DNA of 64,000 bases, taken from positions 1,860,001 through 1,924,000 of the forward strand of contig OX337229.1 of the NCBI GenBank assembly GCA_946965045.2. Direction: 5' to 3'. The stretch is from Epithemia pelagica (Eukaryota; Protista; Bacillariophyta). A program made the position numbers and the translations under genes. This document shows, piece after piece, positions 31,438 through 40,903 of this stretch; positions within the stretch are counted from its first letter, which is position 1, and each line of letters starts with the position of its first letter. The notes beneath the pieces are model-generated. The model made no database searches. It saw only the letters and a program-made list of their open reading frames with translations, and had not been told where the DNA came from.

Positions 31438-31659
31438 GCGACCCACGTATTGCCCTTGCCTCGGGTCAACCGTGGGTCGTTCGTCCAAATGAATTGGGCA
31501 CTTATAAGGTGTCCTGGGTCGGTTTTAAAAAACGAGCTGGGTCGTTTTTTTCGAGCCAGGTCGTTTTTTCAAAACCGACCCAGGACACTTTCTAGTGGTT
31601 CAAATGATATAATCAAGCGACCCACAGTTTACCCAAGATAAGGGCAATATGTGGGTCGC
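31438..31659. repeat. ~222-bp imperfect palindrome between the two divergent transposon genes
   Basis: Outer arms 31438-31457 / 31640-31659 (19/20) and inner arms 31513-31535 / 31561-31584 share the same centre (31548.5). The intervening arms also partly pair. Confidence 0.88.
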
Positions 31660-31999
31660 TTAAGATGTAGAAAGGAATAGGATGTTGGCGAGGTAGGGCC
31701 CTTCAGAAATTCCAGTTTTTGAATGAAAACGATTTTTGAATCGATTTCTGCACCGTTCCAGGCCGGTTCCAATGACCGGACACGAATTCGAATGAGTCAC
31801 TATATGTAGAACAGTACAAAGTTTAGTCTCACTGCTCAACTGACCAGCCAATCAAATGAACGTGATGAAATTTCAAAAAACCTCTTCCAATGAACTGACA
31901 GTACTACACAGAGACAGACCGAGATCAGAGTGAAGGTGTGGTCAGCATTGCGACACAAACTGAGCAAACATAAATTTTCCAAAGCGATTTTCTCCCACC

Positions 32000-33022
32000 A
32001 TGTTGGTGACACAACGAACATTCATTAACTTGGCTCTGCCAATGCTTGGTAGAGCAAGACACTCACATTCACTTGATTTCTCACGTGCTTTTCGCTCTTA
32101 CTTTGGAATGTCTCCTTTGCTCTGTGTTCATGTGTGGGATGAACTGGACAGTTCATTGCCCAAAGGTGCATCGCCTCGTCATTTGTTGTGGACACTGGCT
32201 TTTCTGAAAGTCTATGCTACAGAGGATGTTATGGTCTCAATAGCCAAAACAACGAGGAAGACCTACAGGAAGTGGGTCAAAGTGTTCGTAGATTTGTTGT
32301 ATAGTGGTCTTCATTATGTAAGTACATGGCCCTACATGAATTTGCCATGAAGTCGTCCTCCTCATATCTGACCATTGCTGTTGTTCTTATAACAGGTTGT
32401 ATGGGACAATAGGTTTGATTGTTGTGTACCTGGACAGGTCTGTTTCATTAGTTTGGATGGTACTGACTTCAGGATTTTGGAGCCGTCACCTTTTGATCCA
32501 AAATGGTACTCGCACAAGTTTAAGGGAGCAGGTGTGAGGTATGAGGTGGGAATCTGCCTGAAAACTGGCTGGATAGTGTGGTGGAATGGTGCATTCCCTT
32601 GTGGCGCTTGGCCAGACCTACGGATTGCCAGAGACTGGCTTGTTCAAGAGCTACTACCGAATGAGAAAGTGATTGCTGATGGTGGTTACAACGATTCTGG
32701 ATGCTACTTTGTCACACCTACTGGAAGAAATGACTATCAAGACAAGATGATGGCAGATGCCAGGGCGAGACATGAAACTGTCAACAATTTACTGAAACAT
32801 TACAATATCTTAAAGGAGAAATACAGAGGAGATCTCGATGGGCATCACAAGGTGTTTGGAGCAGTGGTGAATCTGGTTCAGATGAAGATTGAAAATGGTG
32901 AGGCAAAAGTGTTTCAGATCGAAGTGGAAGATGACCAGCAGTACAAATATGTAGCGGTTATGAACCGGGTGGTGGTGGGTTTTAATAGTACTAGCAGTCA
33001 GTATATCATCTTTTGTCGCTAG
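32000..33022 (+). CDS. DDE transposase (DDE_Tnp_4/Harbinger-like); 2 exons with an intron ~32319-32395
   Basis: HLLWTLAFLKVYATE...TYRKWV N-terminal helical region; after GTAAGT..CAG intron: ISLDGTDF, WYSHKFKGAGVRYEVGI, IADGGY, RARHETVN, giving a D-D-E triad. No stops seen. Confidence 0.88.
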
Positions 33023-33120
33023 AGTATTCTTTATTCAGAAAAAGCGTTCGGTAACTCCTATAGGTCACAGTCAGTATCTGACTGGTAAGGTAGCGACCTG
33101 CTCAGGATTACCCCATCTCC

Positions 33121-36100
33121 CAGGTAGATATCAATCCGTCCTAGTTCGACGGCCCATCGGAGGATCCCTATCAGTTGTTGATATCGGTTGGTCAAGTCTG
33201 GCCCCAGTTCGGGGCTGCTGTCTAACTCTGGTTTGTAAGAAGTCACAATGGGAACCTTTGCCGTCGTTTTCAAGTGCTGCCCGTCCCCGTCTTTTTCTAA
33301 CATTTGCTCGACAATCTTCACAGCGTTTATCAGATATTTTTCGCTCGACATTCCCCACGCCCAGCTGCCATCCGGCAGACTATGCTTGTAGATCTGTGCC
33401 CCAAGGTAAGTGCTTGGTTCTCCCACACTGCCCGCTTTGATCTTGTAGTGACTGTCGATTTCGTCTAACACAGGCTGTGGTTTGGCGCTCACCAGCAGTA
33501 TGTCATCCACATAAACAAGAATCAACTCGTAATATTCCTCCCCATTTTCCCTTCGTGCCTTTCTTCGCAACACACACGGGTCTGCCCTTGTATCCTTGAA
33601 GCCCATGCCATAGAGCGTGTTCATTAAAGTCACCCGCCAGCTGGCTCCTGATGATTTTAGCCCATAGAGCGCTCTTGTCATAACACATACCTTTCCTTTG
33701 TCTTCATTCCCAACTTCTGACCCACCTAGGAACCATACCTTCTCCCTGCATGGAGCATTTAGGTAGGCGTTCCCGATGTCGCATGCCATTACCTCCAATT
33801 CCGATCCGGATCGAATCCCGGCTCACCACGCTGGAATAGGTTAAGCTCGACGGTGCGTCCGTCATGTGCCCTCCTGCTACTAACCGTGCTTTTCTTGTCA
33901 AATCTAACTTGATGTCGAAAACCATGTGGCAAGCGATTTCTGTGTAGCCTATGAGCTGTCGCCCTGCTTGCACGTCGTCCAATGCCAGGTCCTCGCGCGC
34001 TTCCCATGCGATCTTGACCGCCTTCAATTCCTTATCGATCGCCTTCTGCCAGAAATCCGTCCCCGTCTCTTTGTCTATTACGAGTGCCTCGTCCACCGAA
34101 TGTGGTAGTCTAATTCCGAATTTCTCAGTGGTCTTCCAGTACTTCTTTCTCACTTTATTAATCATGCGTCTCATGTGATTCAATGTCTGAGGCACCCACC
34201 AATGAAACGCGGGTTCCGTTTCTATATGTTGTGCGACCGCATATTCAGCCAAGTCAATGGGGTATCCATCCTTGACGTCTTTCAATGCCATCCAGTCTTG
34301 AGTTCCGTCCATAAAGTCTACTGCAATTTCCCAACCCTTGGTTGTTCTTTTCGGGTGTCTATTTCCATTGCTCGCCAGGACAAACCCTTCCTCCTTCGGG
34401 ACAGCGTCCCCGTTCTTCCTGTGTCCAACAATTTCCTTGATGATGAGGAACTGGTTCCCCTCGTCGTCGATCTTTGCGAACAAATTCTCGGCAACAACAT
34501 TTGCGGTGTACTCGTGAATGACGCCGCCCGGAAATTTTACTTCGTAAGTTCTTGTATCGAACAATGGATTTTTGTGCCTTTTGCCCACTGGCTGGCCGTC
34601 TAACCCTCTCTGCCTCTTTGTCACCGTTCCTATGATTTCGTCCCCGCCGAAATCCATTCGGATCTGCGCTCCCACGTATTCGTCGTACCCGTTGCCGAAT
34701 TCGTCTGCGTCCGGTTTCGGATCCTCTATCATGGTCCCATATTCTTCGTCACTGGGTACTATCCCCTTCTTTCGCCATTCTTCGTCCGCTTCCTCCGTCA
34801 CGTCCTGGAGGTAACCCGGGCCACCTTCCACCTTTTCGGTGAAGTTCGCATCGTCGAGCCTTTCTGCAACAATCAACTTAAACTGGTCAATTCTTGCCCG
34901 TACCTCTGCCTTGTCGTAATCCTCTTTGGTGACGTGCTGCACCGTCGTCCGTGCAACTATTTTCCCTGATTTTGTCAGCACCCAATAGCACAAATCGCTA
35001 CCAATCCGGTGCGCAACGCCGAGCCAGTAACCAAGCTGTGTCTGTTTGTCTGCAGCATCCATTTTTTGATTCGTGTGGAACCAGACGAGATCAAAGAATT
35101 CAAAATCGGCCCATTCCGAAATGTCAGGAGTCTCTCCAGTAAGTCGCTCAATGCCTGATCTCCCGTCTTGTCCCCGGGCGACGCGACTGAGTAGACTCGC
35201 TTCATAGACGAGGCCAAAGTCCCACAGTCGTTGGGGAATTTGTCGATCGGCCATGCGTCGCCGCCACCGTTGTTTCAAGAGACCTATCTCCCGCTCCGCC
35301 TTATGGTTTTGCTTGCCTGTGCCCTTTTCCGCGAAATGCATGTCAATGCGATGATAACGAACCAATTTTTGAAAGAATGTCGATAACCCGGTCTGTTCTC
35401 CAGCTAGATCGGCCGTGAGTCTGTCAGGGATGCCTACTTGGTCTATAAAATCAGCCAATGATTGTCCTGCATGTGCCTTTGTCGTCATAGGAAATACCAT
35501 AGTGAACTGTCCGTCAGTAAACACTTGAGCGCATTTGTTTCCACTCAAGGAGGTCGTCTTGCTGAACAGGGTGTCTGTGTGGAACCTAGTTTGGAGCCGG
35601 TTGCGATGCAATGCTAGGTTGTCTACCCGGTACCGGCGGGTAATCGGAGCGACCGCCGTGCGGATTCCCTGTTGGGTGGTAACTCGGATGGTATTCCGAG
35701 CGCTATCCAACCCGATCTTCCATTTCCTGCTAAGCGTTTCGGCTGAAACCCCTGAATGCCTAGCCGATTCCATTTGCTTCACGTTTGCTAGTGCGCAATT
35801 CAGTTCTTGTGGGACAAGAAGTCGTGAGACGTGGCCAATCCCCGTCTCGCTCGCGGCATATCCTTCGTCATAAGGGCTCGCTCCAGGTTGCGACAAGTCG
35901 ACCGTCCTTGGATTCCATGATTCCTGTCGAGTTATGACAACATGTGGCAGCTGTTCAATCTCTTGGTAGCTAGGCGCTCGGGACTCAAAATAGACCGTGG
36001 TGCCTTCGATCGTGAATGGGATATAAAAGTCATCCGCCCATATTCCGAATCCGTCACCCTGTCGTGTCGGGTCATCCTTCACCGTGTGACCGGCGTGTCG

Positions 36101-37147
36101 CACTTGGTTTTGGTTTAACAACGTCTTATTTAATTTTTGTCCAAACCATAGCATCTGATGACCAATTAGAATCGTTTCTGCCCCAGTCTTGACGTCACGC
36201 ACTACCGTGGCACATGTCGCGATCGGAACATGCGTCTCCCCCACTTGATTTCCAGCGAAATCATTTACAGCACATTCGGTGCCAGTTGTTTCTACCAACG
36301 ACCAATTGGCCCCTGCACAACAGGTGTCGGCCATGGTGTCCATCTCGTTGCGGCCTGTCACCATGCTTTGGGTCTTGTCAGTCTCTACCTGCCATCCTTT
36401 CTCCACCTTGCCCACATGTCGTCTCGGGCCACAGGTGATCGTACTCACTCCCCTTCCCTCTGTCTCTGTCGAGCCTCCACCGTATGCGCCTGCCCCAAAT
36501 CGACGTCCGTTGGTACTACCCCTGTCGCCACTCATCCCCGTGGCTGTACCAGTTGTTTGCTCCCCTGTCTCGCTGCCCCCATTGGCGCGATTCTCATCAG
36601 TCTGTACCTGGCCAATCCCACGGCCGCCTCCTCGGCCTCGTCCCCCGTTGCCGTCTCGGCCACGACCGCCCCCTCGGCCACCACCGCCGTGCCTTTCTCG
36701 GTTCAACCAGCGTCGTTCTTGGAAGATATACCTTTGTCCATTTGCGCCGAGAGTGGTCATTTCTTCGTCGCTAAAGCGTCTTTGCACATCGGTTACGTCG
36801 ACGCCGTACATCGTGTACACCCCATTGGAGTGACTGAGGCCTTGGATGTTTCGAGATCGATTGTTGGCTGTGGCCGTTGTCGAGGTGTTTGTCTCGGAAA
36901 TGAACCGGTGCCGGCCACCACGTGTCCCCCCAACCATCGCTTGAGGAAACAATTCGGACACTTCTGTCGAGATGTGCGATATAGCACCTTGGATGTCGGA
37001 ACGGAAGTTGCTTCTCACGTGTCCCTTTATAACAGCAAATTCAGCGGTTGAGATCTTGATATTATCGATATTATCAAGCAGAATCTTGACCTGGTTGGAG
37101 GGTGTGCGTTGATTGGGAGTGGGCTCCAAAGTCCGGAATGCACGCAA
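33121..37147 (-). pseudogene. Copia pol: gag C-terminus, protease, integrase and RT N-terminus
   Basis: Protease-like MDTMADTCCAG; integrase FHTDTLFSK...LTADLAGEQ...QNHKAEREIG; RT CHMVFDIKLDLTRKARLVAGGH, CDIGNAYLNA, RALYGLKSSG, VYVDDIL. Frame break at SRDSIRI/ELEVMAC (~33800) where a short conserved stretch is missing. Confidence 0.94.
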
Positions 37148-38444
37148 TAACTTGGCCGAATAGGCGTCAAAACTGTAGACTCGCTCATTGTTGTAGAATA
37201 AGTTTTCTAGGACTGCCTCTGCCTTGATGACCCGTTTTTCCTTTTGACCGCCGCCATCATAATGCCCGACGAGGGCAAGCCGAGCCCCACGACCGTCTTG
37301 TTGGGCCTGGAACCTGGAACGGTTGAATCCAGGTTGCCGGTTGATCTTTCACTCGATCACTAAGGAGACGAAAGACTTGTCGATTGTCTTGTTGGTAGTA
37401 TGCACCACGCAACGGGTAGCTATACATTTTGCGCTCTCGATCGGACGTAAATACATGGCCGGGCTCTAGGTCAGGTCGAATCACATAGTCTAGGGCAATC
37501 CTCTGCTTGCCCATGATGTTAGACAGGTAGGTCGGGAACTCTTGGCTCCAATCTTCCCATGCGTCTTCTTTAAGGATGTCAGGCTTGATATCCGGGGAAT
37601 TGTCTTGGGCGTCTTCAATTTCTATGTCGTCCAGTGCAGAAGCCAGTGTCGCAGCGTTGAATTCTCCGGCATATAAGATGCGTCCTTGTCGTCGGGCCTT
37701 TCCTGCCCAAAAACAGAGTCCTTGAATGTTTAAGACTACTCCCGTAGGGATGCTAATAGGTACCGTACGTTTTTCCAAACGTGATGCCAGTTGGGAGACG
37801 TCGTCTGCGGACATTCGTCCGAACGCTTGAAGCGTGTTCAGGCGTTCTGTAACCTCAAGGGCATGGATTTCTTGAGGGTTAGCACCGCAAACGGAGAGTG
37901 CGAGTCCAACCGCAGACAATGGCATCGCTGGAGGTGGTCCAGCGTGACCTCCACCTCCTCCACCGCCTGGTGCACCTCCGCCGCCAGCGCCTCCTCCGCC
38001 ACCGGCACCACCACCGGCGCCACCACCGGCGCCACCGCCTCCGGCGCCTCCTCCAGCGCCGCCGCCTCCGGCACCTCCTCCGGCGCCACCGCCTCCAGTA
38101 CCACCTCCGGTACCTCCACTGGTGCCTCCGCCAGTCCCTCCACCGGTACTTCCGCCGGTGCCACTCCCGGCGCTCCCTCCGGCGCCGTCCCCAGTGTTGC
38201 CTCGCCCACTGGTCCTTCCTCCGCTGGCCCCTGCGCCAGGTCCTTGTCCTGCGCTGCCTCGAGCGCTCCCGCTGGTCCCAGTACCAGGGTCTCCGCTCAT
38301 CCGAGCAGTCGTTCCCATGCCCGTAGTTGAAGAACCGTGAGTTCCTTCGTTCGGCGGATTCTTTCCCATTCCGCCATCCTTCGGGTATCCCTTCGCGGTG
38401 TTTACACCGTTCCTCGTCGCAGCTCTGGTCGTCGTCGTCATCAC
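37148..38444 (-). pseudogene. Copia gag with long Gly-rich N-terminus, frameshifted
   Basis: WEDWSQEFPTYLS...IALDYVIR...PLRGAYYQQDNRQVF...WIQPFQ continues in another frame as AQQDGRGA.LALVGHYDG...YNNERVYSFDAY into the pol ORF. Confidence 0.88.
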
Positions 38445-38495
38445 TTCAATCGCTTCGATTTCTTCAATCCAAGAGAGTCTGTGGGTCTGATAAAC

Positions 38496-38675
38496 TCACT
38501 AATTCAGGTCGTCCGAATAGCAAGTTCGTGTCAAACAAAAGACTAAGCCTTAGGCCTTACAATCTACATTCGTCCTCTTTTCAGTAAACGGGTAAGGAGT
38601 AATGACCGTGTCCCTCATCTATCCCAATCTTTTCCCTACAACCGGGACTCTGAGTCTTGGCACCCGGATTAAACA
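38496..38675 (-). repeat. 5' LTR (~180 bp)
   Basis: Matches the split 3' LTR with a 5-bp indel, a 1-bp indel and two substitutions seen by eye. Confidence 0.9.
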
Positions 38676-39308
38676 AAAGAAGTGTGAGAGGTGAGAGACA
38701 AAGTTGGGACAAAAAAGTCTCAATGCTCCCACATCATCCGAAGACAGTGCACTACTCGAGCGACAAATTTAGCTTAAGAGAGGTAAAAGACCTTCATGGT
38801 GATTCACATATATTATACGAGTATTGATTGGTCTTGGTCTTTGCAATCGTGCACGGTCACCGGTGAGTCAAACAAGATGGTCTCCCATGGTTTACGAGCT
38901 ATCGGGTACTCCTACGAGGTACGAGGAGCTCGTACAATATCGTCTATCGTTTTTATCGTTTCCTCGAAGAAATAATACTCGTATGATGATGGAGCAACCC
39001 ACTTTCATTTTGGGGAGCGATGGGGGATAGATCCAATCTTCTACATAATAATAATAAAAGGAGCTACCATTGTAATAGAAATGAAATCGGGTTGCTCCTT
39101 TAGGACCTGATAATCTCAACAGTAAAGTTTGTACTCCTACTGTAGATAACAGATAGTAGAAGTAAAAAGTGCACGAGTCGTCAATAATTGAATCTGATTG
39201 GTGGTTGGGTGTTCTTCCTGAGAAACTTGACTGGGTAAGAGTACGATCCAACCGACAGCTTTTGGGTTTTGGGTTGTGTTCTGATACCAACTGTGAACCA
39301 AGATCCAG

Positions 39309-40804
39309 ATGACGAAGAAGAAGATCATCTCCTTTGTTTCAGGATTGCTCTTGTCGATTCTTTGGCAAGGAGGCCTTCCTCCTGGTTCAGGCTTTAGTCT
39401 GGGACGTGGAACTGGAAGAAGGAGGGACAAACGCCTCCAGTCACTCCATTCCTCGAAACAACCACAGGTGTCGTCGACGTTGTTGATTGTGGGTCTGGGA
39501 AGGGTTGGAAAACGGTATGTGCAACCACTTCATCATGATTTGAATAGTGGCCAGGCTCTTTGACATGGGAACTGTGTCCAAGAATCTCAATCAATTGGTG
39601 AATGTCTGCTCGTTGTCTGGTGCAACACTGATATAGAGTAGCAGAACAGGCGGCGCCGTACTTTCACACCGTGTTGGGAACAACCACCACGACGCCACCC
39701 TCGGACGACAAGGTCTGGGAAAGAAGCAATGTGCAGTCGGTGACCATTGCCGAGATTTGGGAGACACCCTCGTTTCTGCGAGACCACAATTGCACTCATG
39801 TGTTGGTTACGATACCCGGTACCCAAACCGACTTGAGCAGCAACGGTCCACGAACCAAAGGGACCATATCGTCCACACGGCTGTCGCAGAATTTTGCACA
39901 AGAACCAACGGCAATGGTATTCAACAATACCAACAGGTCGGTTCCGGCGACTGACTTTTACGATTCTCTCGTCCGTCAGTCACAACGAGCAGCAGCAGGT
40001 TGCTGGTGGGGGGTCTTGTCGACCACGGCGGTGTATGGCAATCACAATGGAAGTTGGGTCAATGAAGAGTCGGCCTGTTTGGTGGATCCAAACTTGGATC
40101 CCAAGGCTCAACAGTGGATGGACTACGAACACGAATGGATGCAACGCATCACCACAGTCTCCGTATCATCGTCTCCTCCCAAGAAGGATGGGACCACCAC
40201 CAACCAACCACCAACGACTGTCGTGAACATTTTTCGGTGTGCCGGTATTTACGGACCCACACAATCGGCACTCCACACGGTCCATCAATCGGGGCAACCA
40301 CCCAGCATTCGCAGCTCCCAGGAGAACAAGACCACCATCATCAACAGCAAGAACACTGACAATCGTCCAACATTCATTCCGGTCACGAATCGCATCCATC
40401 AAGACGATGTAGCTCGAGCCGTTGTGGCCTCCATGGTGGAATGCTGGGAACACACGGAACCAGAACTGTCCCGCAACAGTAGTAGTCGTAGCAAGAATCA
40501 TGTGGAGATTTACAACTTGGCCGATGACCAACCGGAATCGAGGCAAATCGTCCTGGAATACGCTGCCCAACTTCTCGCGACAATTGACGCAATGCCTCCC
40601 ATGAAACCCAATATCACGGAAAAACAAGCCAAATTTGGCGCTCGACAAGGCAGAAGAAGCCGAGATCACAAACGCATTGATAATTCCAAGATGAAACATT
40701 CTTTGCTTCAAGGGAGGCCTCTTCTCTTTCCTACCTACAAGGAAGGATTACAATCCATTCTTGATGCTCCTGGGGTGCCATGGAGGAGGACTGAAAATGA
40801 ATGA
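39309..40804 (+). CDS. NAD-dependent epimerase/dehydratase-like (YeeZ-type atypical SDR); intron 39516-39637
   Basis: LLIVGLGRVG Rossmann start joined across GTATGT..TAG to RVAEQAAPYFHTVLGT; LSTTAVYGNHNGSWVNE, IFRCAGIYGP, NRIHQDD, YNLADDQP, FPTYKEGL. Confidence 0.87.
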
Positions 40805-40903
40805 ACAAGATGCGTCGTGGGCTCTATCATCTTTTTCTATAATTAGTATTCGGAGGCTTTGATCAATGGTCTACCAAGCGCATCACCCGTGGCAGGGACA
40901 CTG

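Larger units (their letters stand above)
29980..33120. mobile_element. 3141-bp PIF/Harbinger-like DNA transposon, apparently intact, inserted in the copia RT
   Basis: TIRs GGAG(C/A)TGGGGTAATCCTGAGCAG(C/G)TCGCT with imperfect similarity to ~50-78 bp. 3-bp TSD CAG at 29977-29979 and 33121-33123; removing it restores RT ...RIDIYLEVSLMSQY. Confidence 0.93.
28369..38675 (-). mobile_element. Ty1/copia LTR retrotransposon (CoDi-like), inactivated, with two nested DNA-element insertions
   Basis: Two ~180-bp LTRs, gag, then protease-integrase-RT-RNaseH order. Lesions: gag frameshift (7-bp duplication 37307-37320), deletion/frameshift in RT near 33800, insertions at 28438-29041 and 29980-33120. Confidence 0.95.

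Noticed and set aside
33058-33120. C-terminal tail GDGVILSRSLPYQSDTDCDL of the RT ORF
   Set aside because: Read-through into the TIR of the inserted transposon, not RT sequence.
37791-38330. Ala/Ser/Pro-rich ORFs resembling cell-wall or mucin proteins
   Set aside because: Opposite-strand or shifted readings of the Gly-rich gag repeat.
38676-39300. AT-richer segment and 132-aa ORF next to the 5' LTR
   Set aside because: No motif, terminal repeat or TSD found; probably promoter or intergenic DNA.
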